64,000 nt of DNA, from the NCBI RefSeq assembly GCF_009914755.1, contig NC_060928.1. One strand, written 5' to 3'. The stretch is from the human T2T-CHM13v2.0 reference genome, Homo sapiens. How positions within the stretch are numbered: position 1 is the first letter of the stretch; every line of letters begins with the position of its first letter. Under the pieces are notes generated by a model, which ran no database searches, was not told the DNA's origin, and was given only the letters and a program-made list of their open reading frames with translations. Positions 1 through 14,220 of this stretch are shown piece by piece. The position numbers and the translations under genes are program-made.

Positions 1-2016
1 AGGGTACTTGATATAATTTCAGTTTTCTTAAATTTATTGAAACTTATTTTGTGGCCTATCATATATCTTAGAGAATATTCCATGTGCTGATGAAAAGAAT
101 GTATATTCTGCAGTTATTGGGTAGAATGTTCTCCAAATATCTGTTAAGTCCATTTGTTCTAGGGTATAGTTTAGGTCCACAGTTTCTTTGTTGACTTTCT
201 CTCTTGATGACCTGTCTAGTGCTGTCAGTGGAGTACTGAAGTCCTCCACTATTGTGTTGCTGTCTATCTCATTTCTTAGGTCTTGTAATAATTGTTTTAT
301 AAATTTTGGAGCTCTTGTGTTAGGTGCATATTTATTTAAGATTGTGATATTTTCCTGCTGGGCTGATCCTTTTATCATTATACAATATCCCTCTTTGTTT
401 TTTTAAACTGTTGTTGCTTTAAAGTCTGTTTTGCCTGATATAAGAATAGCTACTCCTACTTGCTTTTGATTTCCATTGCATGGAATATCTTTTTCTACCC
501 CTTTACCTTAAGTTTATGTGAGTCCTTATGCATTAGGTGAGTCTCTTGAAGACAGCAGATACTTGGTTGGTGGATTGTTATTTATTCTGCCATTCTGTAT
601 CTTTTAAGTGGAGTATTTAGGCCATTTACATTCAATGTTAGTATTCAGATGTGAGGTACTGTTTTATTCATTGTGCTAGTCATTGCCTGAATGGAATACC
701 TTTTTTTTTTCATTCTGTTATTGTTTTATAGGCCCTGTGAGATTTATGCTTTAAGAAGGTTCTATTTTGGTGTGTTTTAGGTTTTGTTTCAAGATTTAGA
801 ACTCCTTTTAGCATTTCTTGTAGTGCTGGCTTGGTAGTGGTGAATTCTCTCAGCATCTGTTTGTCTGAAATAGACTTTATCTCTCCTTCATTTGTGAAGT
901 TTAGTTTTGCTGGAGGCACAATTCTTGGCTGGCAATTATTTCACTTGAGAAGGCTGAAGATAGGACCCTAATCCCTTCTGGATTTTAGGGTTTCTGCTGA
1001 GAAATCTGATGTTAATGTGATAGGTTTTCCTTTAGAGGTTACCTGATGCTTTTGCCTCACAGCTCTTAAGAGCCTTTCCTTTGTCTTGACTTTAGATAAC
1101 CTGATGACTATGTGCCTGGGTGATGATCTTTTTATGGTAAATTTCCCAGGTGTTCTTTGAGTTTCTTGTATTTGGATGTCTAGATTTCTAGTGAGGCCAG
1201 GGAAGTTTTCCTCAAGTATTCCCTCAAATATGTCTTCCAAACTTTTAGATATCTCTTCTTGCTCAGGAACACAGTTATTCTTATGTTTGGAGGATTAACA
1301 CAATCCCACATTTCTTGGAGGCTTTGTTCATTTTTTAAATTTTTCTTTCTTGGTCTTTGTCTGATTAGGTTAATTTGAAAGCCTTATCTTTGAGCTCTGA
1401 AGTTCTTTCTTCCTTTGTTTGATTCTATTGTTGGAACTTTGCAGTGCATTTTGTATTTCTCTTGGTGTGTTTTTCATTTCCAGAGGTTGTGATTGTTTTC
1501 TCTTTATGATATCTGTTCCTCTGGAGCATTTTTCATCCATGTCGTATATTGTTTTTTAAATTTCTTTAAGTTGTTTTTCACCTTTCTCTGGCATCTCCTT
1601 GAGTAACTTAATAATCAACCTCTGAATTCCTTATCTGGCAATTCAGAGATTTCTTCTTGTTTTGAGGCCACTTTTGGGAAGCTAGTGTGGTCTTTTGGGG
1701 TTGTTATAGAACCTTGTTTTGTCATATTACCAGAATTACTTTTTAATTCCTTCTCATTTGGGTAGACTATTTCAGTGGAAAAGTCTGGAACTCAAGGGCT
1801 GCTTTTCAGATTTTTTTATCTCATGGGGTGATCCCTTGATATGGTGCACTTCCCCTTCCCCTAGGGATGCAGCTTCCTGCAAGCCAGACTGCAGTGATTA
1901 TTATTAATCTTTTGGGTCTAGCCACCCAGTGGGGCTACCTGGTTCTGGGCCAGTGCTGGAGAATGTCTACAAAGAGTCCTCTGATGTGGTCTGTCTTCAG
2001 GTCTCCCAGCTGTGGA
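1..2016 (-). mobile_element. L1 (L1PB/L1PBa-like): part of 5'UTR, degenerate ORF1 and start of ORF2 endonuclease
   Basis: ORFs 968-1240 and 710-919 translate to ORF1p motifs (ENFPGL, RHIVIRLSKVKTKE, KPALQEMLKGVL). ORF 34-378 gives EN motifs (ITILNKYAPNTRAPKFIKQ, FSTPLTALDRSSR, YTFFSSAHG). Frames are broken. Confidence 0.95.
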
Positions 2017-3275
2017 CCCCAGTAATGGGATTGCTGGGTCGAATGATATTTCTGTCTTTAGGTCTTTAAGGAATCATCACACTGTCTTCCCCAATGGTTG
2101 AACTAATACACCAACAGTGTATAAGTGTTCCTTTTTCTCCACAACCTTGCCAGTATCTGTTATTTTTTGCCTTTTTAATGATAATCATTATAACTGGTTG
2201 TGATGGTATCTCATTGTGATTTTGATTTGCATTTCTCTAATGATCAGTGATATTGAGCATTTTTTCATATAATTTGTTGGCCACATGTATGCCTTCTTTT
2301 GAAAAGTACATGTTTGTGTCCTTTGCCGACTTTTTTATGGGTTTCATTGTTTTTTCTGGTAAATTTGTTTGAGTTCTTTATAGATGCTAGATATTAGATC
2401 TTTGTTGGATGCATAGCTTGCAAAATTTTTCTCCCATTTTGTAGGTTGTCTGTTTACCCTGTTGATAGTTTCTTTTGCTGTGCAGAAGCCCTTTAGTTTA
2501 ATTAGATCCAACTTGTCCATTTTTGCTTTTGTTGCAATTGCTTTTGATGTCTTCGTCATGAAATTTTTGCCTGTGCCTATGTCCTGAGTGGTATTGCCTA
2601 GGTTGTCTTCCAGGGTTTTTATAGTTTTTGTTTTTACATTTAAGTCTTTAATACATCTTGAGTGAATTTTTACATATGGTGTAAGGAAAGGGTCCAGTTT
2701 CAGTCTTCTGGATACAGCTAGCCAGTTATCACAACACCATTTATTGAATATGTAATCCTTTCCCCATTGCTTGTTTTTGTCAGGTTTTTCGAAGATCAGA
2801 TAATTGTAGGTGTGCAGTCTTATTTTTGGGTTCTCTATTCTGTTCCATTGGTCTATGTTTCTATTTTTGTACCAGTACCTTGCTGTTTTGATTACTATAA
2901 TTCTGCAGTATGGTTTGAAGTCAAGTAGCATGATGCCTCCAGCTTTGTTCTTTTTGCTTAGGAATGCCTTGGCTATTCAGGCTCTTTTTTGGTTCCATAT
3001 GAATTTTAAATAGTTTTCTCTAGTTCTTAGAAAAATGTACATGGTAGTTTAATGGGGGACAGCATTGAATCTATACATTGCTTTGGGCAGTATGGCCATT
3101 TTAATGATATTGATTCTTCTTTTTAAAAAGCATGGAATGTTTTTCCATTTGTTCTTGTTATCTCTGATTTATTTAAGCAGTGGTTTGTAGTGGTCTGAAG
3201 ATCTCTACAAGGAGTAGAGATTGTCACCTCCCTAGTTAGCTGTATTTTTAGGTATTTTATTCTTTTTGTCAACAG
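2017..3275 (-). mobile_element. L1 ORF2 3' fragment (old L1PA-like), lacking its distal 3' end and polyA
   Basis: ORF 2344-2931 is C-terminal ORF2p ([41 protein letters not shown]). Confidence 0.95.
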
Positions 3276-3484
3276 TTTTCTTTTGCATATTTCCTGTTTC
3301 TATTTTTCCTGCAGGCATAAGCTTTTCCCTCTCAATGTTGTACTTTCCTTTCTTAATTTTGTTTTTTAACAAAATTTGCTCAAGTTGTGTTGGCTTAGGT
3401 CTTCTGGTCGTTGACTTACCCTTGATACTGCCTTGGGTTCACATTGTGGGGCCCTTTGATTATCATGTAATTATAAAACGGAAG

Positions 3485-5075
3485 GCAATATGTCAGCGTG
3501 GTTTAGGTTTACATTTCTCTGATGACTAGTGATGTTGAACATTTTTTCATATATCTGTTGTCTATTTGTGTTTCTTCTTTGGAGAAATGTCTATTTAAGT
3601 CTCTTGTATAATTGCTCTGGCTAGGAGTTCTAGTACTATGTTGAAGAGAAGTGGCAACAGTGGGTATCCTTGCCTTGTTCCTAATCTTAGAGGAAATGCT
3701 TTCAGTTTTTACCATTGAGTATAATATTAGCTGTGGCTTTTTTGTATGTGGTCTTTATTATGTTGAATTAATTTCCCTTTATTCCTACCCAGTTGAAGGT
3801 TTTTATAACAAAAAGGTGTGCAATTTTATCTAATGTTTCTTCTGCATTTATTGAGATGATAATGTGGATTTTATCCTTCATTTTCTTAATGTGGTATATA
3901 ATATTAATTGGTGTTCACATATGAAACAATCCTTGCATCTCAGGAGCAATTCTCATGGGTTAGAGTGCACAATCCTTTTAATGTGCGATTGAATTTGGTT
4001 TGCTAGTGTTTTATTGAAGATTTTTTTCATCTATTTTCATTAGAGAGATTGGCCTATATTCTTTTTTTGTGGTGTCTTTCTCTGGCTTTAGTATCAAGGT
4101 AATGCTGGCCTTGTAAAATGAATTTGGAGGTATTCCTTCCTCTTTAATTTTTTTGGAAGAGTTTTAAGGATTCTAATTAATTCTTTATGTATTTGATAGA
4201 ATTTACCAAGAATGTCATCTGGTCTTGGGCTTTTTTTTTTTTTTTTTGATGGGAGGATTTTAATGACTAATTCAATCTGCTTACTAGTCACAGATCTTTT
4301 CAGATTTTCTATTTCTGCATGATTTAGTCTTGGTAAGTTGTATGTTTCTAGGAATTTACCCATTTCTTGTTACCAGTTTGTTGGCATATAATTGCTCACA
4401 GTACTCCTTTATAATCTTATTTCTATGAAATCAGTTGCAATGATTCTGTTTTTATTTCTAATATTAATTTTATAAGTCTAATATAAAGGTTTATGTTAGA
4501 GAAGATAATCAGTATGATTTGAGTCTTCTTAAATTTGTTAAGACTTATTTTATAAGCTAAAGGTTTTTCATTTTTTCCTCAAACAAGTCAACTTTTGTTG
4601 ATTTTAAAACTTGTTTATTTATTCTCTATTTTAAAGATTTTTTGCTACAATTATCTTTCTTTTCTTCCTTCTTCTAACTTTGGATTGAGTTTGACCTTCT
4701 TTTCCTAGTTCCTGGAGGTATAATGTTAGGTTCTTTATTTGAGATCTTATTTTTTAATGTAGGTGTTTATTGCTATACGCTTTCCTCTTAGTATTGCTTT
4801 TGCTGAATCCCGTAAGTTTGGTATGTTGTGTTATTTTTTTTGTCTCTAGATGTTTTCTAATTTCTCTCTTCATTTCTTTTAACCATTGGTTGCTCAGAGG
4901 TGTGTGTTTAATTTCCACATATTTTTTAATTTTTTAGTTTTCATTCTTTTCTTGATTTCTAGTTTTGTTCTATTGTAGTCAGAGAAGATAATCAGTATGA
5001 TTTCAGTCTTCTTAAATTTGTTAAGACTTATTTTATAAGCTAACATGTGATCTATCCTGGAGAATGTTTCATGTA
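3485..5075 (-). mobile_element. Old L1 (L1MA/MB-like) ORF2, inverted segment with an internal deletion at ~3605
   Basis: ORFs 3509-3715 ([22 protein letters not shown]), 4094-4363 (KFLETYNLPRLN) and 4894-5112 (TFSRIDHML) are ORF2p pieces. Confidence 0.9.
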
Positions 5076-6135
<1,060 letters not shown>

Positions 6136-6409
6136 ATGAGAGGCTTGATTTTCCCTTTCTATTACACTCCTAACATCCTCCGACATAACCAATCACAACA
6201 TATTCAATATCTAAGAGGAGGAACAGTATTCTACAACAGTACTGTCCTGGGTGCAGCTGTCATTGTGTCAAGAACTTAATCCAATAACAGCTCCACATGA
6301 CTAACTTTTGCTGCCACATATTCCATTTCATGGCCAAGAATATAAAACACAATGACTGACAAGACAGATTATGAAATCTGTAATGAAAATTAAACATTCT
6401 TCTATTGGG

Positions 6410-6610
6410 AGCAAAGATTTTTGAGCCAAAAAGAACTGGATTTGTATCCTAACTCACCATCTGCTGTTTCTATGACCTTGGGCGAGTTACTTACCCATCT
6501 GAGTCCCAGTTTCCTCACTTGTAAATTGGAGATAACAATAATGTTTATTTCACTGGGTTGTTGTGTGTGCAGAGGGTAAGCGCCAAGAGCTCGTGGTACA
6601 TAAAATGCAT
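6410..6610 (+). mobile_element. MIR SINE
   Basis: Core tgaccttgggcgagttacttacccatctgagtcccagtttcctcacttgtaaa. Confidence 0.85.
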
Positions 6611-6805
6611 GGCACACAAAGAGAACCCATGAGAATTCATTACATGTTCATTCTCCCTACATACTTCTCCTTGCTCTCTATGGTACAGCTGAGGAACATG
6701 AGCAGCAGCATGCACACACGAACAGGTATGTGCACGTGCAGACAACTTCTCCAGGGTTTGGCCACCTTTAGAGTTTCCATTCCATTTCTGGTTTTCTCTG
6801 AGACT

Positions 6806-6940
6806 GTTTTCCTTCTCTTCCTCCCCTCTCCACACCATTCTTCTCTCCTCCGTCTTCCTTCCTCTTCTTCCCCCTTTCCCTTTCTCTTCCCAACACCTTC
6901 CTTTCCCTCTTCCTCTTTTTTTTCTCCCATTCCTCCTCCA
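6806..6940. repeat. CT-rich polypyrimidine low-complexity tract
   Basis: About 135 nt that are almost all C/T on the + strand. Confidence 0.9.
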
Positions 6941-8239
6941 GGGATTTTCAGATGTTTTAACAGCAGCTCCTGTGGGAAATGCACACACACACAGTGACAA
7001 CTAGGATTAAATTCAGTGCTTAATTACATTGTTGAAAACACCTAACTTGGTCCTAACAGCACACTCGCTGTAAGTAACACAAAACAGAGCTCTCCTTCCC
7101 CCACCAAAGTGGCCATTCTACAGGAGGATAATGTCATGTTATTACTATCAGTGGAAAGACTCAAACTATCCCTTGTATGGCTGCATGCTGGACTATTTTC
7201 AGAAATAGCATAGTCGTTGATTACTTTGATTGGGTTTTTATTTTTATTTTGCCACAAAGCTAAGGATAGCATAATCTAAATTTTAGGAGAATAAGGCAAA
7301 TTTTTAGAAATATTTCTATCCTCTGATTATTCTGAAGGGTTTCATGATCCACATTTCATTCTTTTAGTTAATTTTTGATTACAAAACAAGTACCCCTCGG
7401 AACCTCCAAAATTAAGTCAATAAAGGTGATTACAGGTTAGGGTGAGGACATTAGAGAGAGTACCATGCATAGAAGGGGAGGAGGTCCAGGGCAAGGGGTT
7501 TCATTTATGAGGTGACCAGCTGACACATATCTGAGGTGGCAACAGGCCCTAGGCACCCTTAGCCAGAATCTCTGCTTGGCTTTTAAAATCACTGATATAT
7601 TCTGAGCTCACAGAACTCCACAATTTACTTATCAGAAAAATTTTTAGTTCAGAAGGGCTCAAGTTATTCTCCAGTCTTCTGAACTGCTGCAATATGAACT
7701 CTGGTTAGAAGCTGCTGCTATAGGAGTTGTAGAAGTTTCCTAGGTCTCCAAAAAATATGTATTGGATGTTTGATGAGGGTTGAAGTGATGGTGCCTGCCT
7801 CTTGGTGCATATATCAAAATTTTAAAATGCTATGAAGTGTTAGATGTAGTACTGCTCTCCAAGACCCTTGAAAGTATGCAAATAGAGAAATTAAGATCAC
7901 TTGGATGAACAAATATGTAAAAGAAATACACTTGTAAAGTAACTAACCTTGCATCCAAGAAAAGTTATAAGTGCTTTCAATAACTGGTGAATGCAAAGGG
8001 AGAAAGTCCATGTTTAGCTGAGATAGGGAAAATAGTAAATTGCCTGGGTGTGGTGCTTCCAATGCTAAAAGGCCAAGAGGTAGAAACTTCTCCCAGAAAA
8101 GGAGGGTATGGGGACATAGTTAGTGTCTTGGGAAAAGACCCAAAACAAGTGGGTACTCTGGCTAGTGTGAGAGGGGATTGATGCTGGGAAGGCAAGAGGT
8201 AAGGGAACTTTGCTTTTCTGATATCATTTGCCACACCCT

Positions 8240-8650
8240 GTGTGATGCATATGGAGATTGGATGCCCAGACCCCCATCAACTAAGGTTTGTTGCCCAGCC
8301 ACTGGAAGAGCTGTTCATAGGAATTTTCTCAGCTACGTGAGCCACCTTGCCTGAAGGTCAAACGCTTTGGAGTGTGGCCCAGATCCAGTGACTGATCAAG
8401 GAGTAAATATGAAAGGTTAGCTATTTTGGCCTAAGGAGAAAATTCTGATGGCCCATTTTAGTTCTGAAGCTCCCTGTGGGGTCAGTTATGGCTGTCATCA
8501 GGCTTGCATCAAAGCTCAATTTTCCCTCTGACTAATCCTGTTTCCTTCCTTAACCTTTCACTGGTGCTGATCCTAAGAGCACTCTCTAATAAACACTCCG
8601 CATTCTAACTCCATTTCAGAGTTTGCTTCCTAGAGAACCCATCTGGGGAA
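8240..8650 (+). mobile_element. ERVL solo LTR, LTR16C-like
   Basis: agctccctgtggggtcag...gatcctaagagcactctctaataaac...tcagagtttgcttcctagagaaccc matches the recalled LTR16 3' half, including AATAAA. Confidence 0.8.
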
Positions 8651-8659
8651 CTATTTCAA

Positions 8660-8850
8660 TATATTATGTTATTTAATCTTCATAGTAACTCCTTGAGATT
8701 GATATTATTGGCTCCATTCCATTATATAGGTGAAAGATCAAGACTTTAACAGGTTACGTAATTTGCCAGAAGTCACAAACACTGGCATCTTCACTATGGT
8801 CTGTTTGACCACAATATCCATGATCTTTTTATTATACCATGCTGCCTACT
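8660..8850 (-). mobile_element. MIR SINE
   Basis: atttaatcttcatagtaactcc...aggttacgtaatttgccagaagtcaca...tataccatgctgcct. Confidence 0.75.
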
Positions 8851-11800
8851 AAAAGGATTAGCAATACACAGTTTCATGCATGTATAGTAATGATTAGATA
8901 ATCACTTGTATTCCCTCCTTCAGTCAACAGCTATTTACTAAACATTCACCAGTGTCCCAGAATTGTTATAGTTATAGAAGGAAGAAATATGAGATGTGAG
9001 AGAGATTTTCTATCTATATGAAGGCTGGGTAGACATGGAAAAAAATCTTATTTTTGCCTGATAATGCCATTCTGTAAGACTAAGGTCAATTTTGACAGTA
9101 TCTTTAGAGAAAGACCTAGTCCAGATGTATTTTCTTTGGAAATTATATAATCTAATTAGAGAAATTAATGGGATATAAGTACAAAACAAACAAAAAAAGT
9201 GTTGCTTTGAAGACTCACTAAAGACAGACACTAACAAAATTGCTGCTGAATTAGTTGAGACCAAGACAAACTGTAAAATATTTTAAGAAATTATAAGCTT
9301 CTAAGAAAGGTATATACTTGGATTGCTTCTCAAACATATTTAAGTCTTGTCTTTAAACAGTGCAAATGGAAATCTTAAACATTGCATTTTGAGTATGGTT
9401 CATGCTAGAAAGATAAAGGATGGATTCCTTTATCTTATTTTAAACTAAAAAAATACTTTGGCCCAACATTAAAAGATATGCAACTGAGTGTACATTTATA
9501 TGTTTTGAGTTAGAACAAAATATTTAATATATGTCTGCATTATTTTGTAGAATTCCCTGCTTTCTCTGTTGGCCACAACTGCTGTTAAACCAAGGTCCTC
9601 TACCATGTTTAGGATCATGTGTTCTACAACAGTGTATTTCATAAAGAATATATCCAATACAAGTTTATTCTATGAACAAATCATCCCAAATGTATGATAT
9701 GAAAATCATTTTGTGTAATATGTCATGTACATTATATGCAAGCACCACTTGTAGATTTCTGTACAATATTTTATTCCATTAGGGACAGTGTCAACCTTTT
9801 TTCTTCTGGAAGAAAGACCATTTACAAGCTTTCTTTGTTAATGAAGTTCTGAATGAATTTTACCTTCTTTTATTGTATTAATTTTCAGTGAAACATTTTA
9901 AATAGTTACATGATGAGGCAACACATTTGAAAAAATTTAGCTAAAATAACAGCAGAAACTTCCTATTTCTAAGCTAAAATTAATCAAAATCAGAACAGAA
10001 ACCCTCTTAATTTCATACAAAACTGCACTGTTTAATGTTTTCTATAAGAATGCTGACCTTTAATCTCCAGTGACTTGCCACTTTATCCTGTCTCTTTTAT
10101 CTTTGACTTTTCTCCCAAATCTCTGAATAGTAATAAATTTCATTTTCATTGTGAGCTCATCATACTTTCCCACACATGTAATATCTACTTTTAGAATTAC
10201 TCCTTTATAAACACACAACAACATAAAAACAGTATGCTAACTGGGCTTGCCCTAGGTTTGTATGAATTTCCCACATGCAGTGGAGTGAGAAAACAGACAC
10301 AGAACCACAGAACTGTTTTCATCTGGGTGACTAGATAGCTTGGGCTAAGATCGTTGGTTAGAATTCCTACATAGATCTAAAATCCTAGAATTTTGCCATA
10401 TTTGGTGAGAAAAGCAAGAGTGACACTGGTAGTAGGCAGTATTTCTTATGGGAAAGAAATACTGCAGATTTCTTTTGTAAAAAATATATAGGCAGATTTT
10501 TAAAATGACAGTTACAGTACAAATATAAAGACTGTAAATTTGGACTACTTTGTTTTATAACTAAATCAAGATAAAAATGAATCAAATTTAAATAAATAAA
10601 ATTATTTAGAAATATATTGTTACTGTCCTCACTAAACATCAATATTTGGGTTCATTATTTATTATTGTAGAGCTAAGTTAAAAACTGCCTTAATTATCCT
10701 GAATCTTTTCTTAGGTCAAATTTTTCATGGCTTATGTTTCGCTCTTAGTTTGTAATGGAAGAACTTAAAGTTTCAGAATAACTTAATTTCTTTTCAAAGC
10801 TTTTCAATCCAGCTTTTGAATATTTGTGTTGTCTAACTTACTGCAGCCAGCACAGATGCTAAAAGTATGTGGTTCCATGCAGTAGCAAAAGCTCCTTCAT
10901 ACCTATTTACATTATTAGAGAGAAGACAATTTCCTTAAAGCAAATCCACAGATAGTTTTTGAGTTAATGTTATATGTGTTTGGTACTATGTCAGATGCTA
11001 TAAGGTAAATGAAGATATGGAGATGTGACCGAGGAGTTAATCTAGTTAAAGAGACAAAATGTATCAAAATGCTCATGTTTTAAATAACAAAAGAAATATT
11101 TAAAAGTCAAATTAATTGTTCTACAGGTACAGTTAAAGAAGGCCCTTCAGACTCCAATGATTAAGGGAGGTTAGGTTTAGCTGAGTCTCAGGGGACAGAT
11201 AGGATTTGAGTGGGTGAGAAGAGGGGTATTAGCATTCCAGACTGGTCATGGGGGGGCGGGCAAAGGGTGAGGGGCTGGGTAGGAAAAGTTGAATGTAGGA
11301 ATTACAGAATCTATTCGGAAAACAATTAATAAATAAGCTTGGCAGAGATTTTATGAAGGAAAATAGATAAGATGATGCAATAATGGAGGTTTTGCTCAGA
11401 TTAGAGGGTTGAGGCAAAGACTATTGGGTTTCAGACTAGGCAGTTTTGGCTTCAGTATGTGCGCCCGGTTTTTTCAAATTGTGTCCCATGGAACATCAAT
11501 TTTGAAAGGTATGAAGACATGTACTATGAGGGAGCCAAAAAACAGTTCTAGAGGCAATCATTTAACATTGAGTTAAATAAAGTCACGTTTATTTTCTTTA
11601 GGAATTATTAGTCTTTAAATAGCAACATGTTTTGTAAATTTCCAAGAAGGTGAGGGGTATAGTATACAGAGTTTTCTAAACTTATGGAAATGAAGAAGAA
11701 GGCTCATAGAATAAATATATTGAATTGATGTGATTTGGTGAATGATTAAGCATATGAAGTAAGAAAGAGTATAAAGAAAGATAAAAGATGTTGCAGTTGA

Positions 11801-12759
11801 GAGATTATTGAAAAATCATGTTTTAATCGTTGCTATCATTTGTTAAACTGCTATTACATACCAGATACTGCAGATGAGGGACTGGGACTCAGAAGTTTAA
11901 GTAATTTGTCTAGGTCATATAGATAATGTGGGCTTGTCACAATAGTGCAATCACAGAATAGTGAAATGATTGATGGAGAGGCACCAAAGACATAAGTGAA
12001 AGGATGTGAAGTTTCTTTAATCACAAAGGATGTGGAAGCGTATGGTACCAATTACACAAAGTAGGAGGCAGTGTAGCTGACTCCCAGATGGAGGTACAGG
12101 TGCACTCAATGCATGCTACACAGTGTGATGATTCTGATTCTGCCAGATGAGCTCTTTTTTTTTTTTTTTTTAATCTGTGTGACCATCTGCAAGTCACTGG
12201 TACAAAATAACCTCAGCATATTTTTGAGTGCTTGTTGTGGGACTGGGTGAATCAAAGGTCAGTTTCCTAGGAATGGTACCTCTTACAAGGCTCAGGCCTA
12301 TCTGAGGTTCATTCTTATAGTAACTGTTAGATGCTGGATTTAAATCAAGGTCTATTTTGTTTCAAAGCCTACGTCTGTCCTGTATACTTGACTGCTGATT
12401 TTGTGGTATCAATTTAAGAATGGTAGAGCCATGGGAGTACCATCACCTGTGATATTCCCTCTTCAGGTCTACTGAAGAGTTTGATTTCCTTTGTTCCATA
12501 GTGAGGGAATCAAACTGTCCCTTTGGCTTCACTTACTTTTTCTAAGTTTTCCACGCAAAAGAAGATCAGTATATGTTCAGATGGATTCACTGGGTATCAC
12601 ATCCTGGTTGGTTTGTTTAAAGGAGGGGCTACTCTGTAGCTGTGAATCTTTGTCTCGAGCTCCTGACTATGATGTTGTAACATGCACAGCATACACCAGG
12701 ACAAGTCCACCAGGAGGAAGATTCTCAAGATGCCTTTTGACAGGCAGTTTTCTAAATCC

Positions 12760-12960
12760 TTACAAACTCTTCCTCGTTATCCTCTTAGCAATCAATGAGG
12801 TAAATGCTATAATTGTCCCCAGTTTTTAAATGTAAGTAATATAGAGGATAAGTAATTTTCCTAAGTTCACATAGTCACTGAATGAGGGAGGTGACCTTCT
12901 TAAACCTAGAGGGTCAGACTTCAGTCTCAATATTGTTAACTCCTACTCTGTATTGTGGCT
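12760..12960 (-). mobile_element. MIR SINE
   Basis: atcctcttagcaatcaatgaggtaaatgctataattgtccccagtttt...taagtaattttcctaagttcacatag. Confidence 0.7.
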
Positions 12961-13454
12961 GTGAAAATCATGCTATGATACAGGTATTTGTTTTGATTCA
13001 GTCTCATCCTTGCCCTTTTCTGTTGATGCACCTGCTGTTTTCTCTTAGAAGTCTTATGGGGCTGTTTCTGCAGTCACTCCCAACCTCATCATGAGACTTC
13101 CCCACTTTTTCCTCTCACATTTAACCTTTATGTCCTTCTTTTGATGACAAAGTCTGTCCTTAGTAATCCTTTGGTCAACACTCTTACGTGAATGAAGGAG
13201 TATCCTCCTGTATAGTGTTGATGCTCTTGCCTTTTTTCTGTCTGTCTCTTTTTAAAAACTGTGCCTTTGCCATTCCAACTTTTTAAAACAAATATTCTCC
13301 TTCCTTCTGTTGAGAAACTTAGACATGTTCTATTAAGAGATAGGAGTATTTGGTAGATGTTCAAGTTTGTATGAAATCCTTTCTCTATTAATAATTTTTA
13401 TTATAAATATTTTTCTGAACTCTCTAAATTGCACCTTCTTTTTCTCTTATAAAA

Positions 13455-14220
<766 letters not shown>

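Noticed and set aside
6545-7000. Four overlapping ORFs of 116-151 aa or shorter
   Set aside because: A stop-poor CT/GA low-complexity tract plus a MIR explains them.
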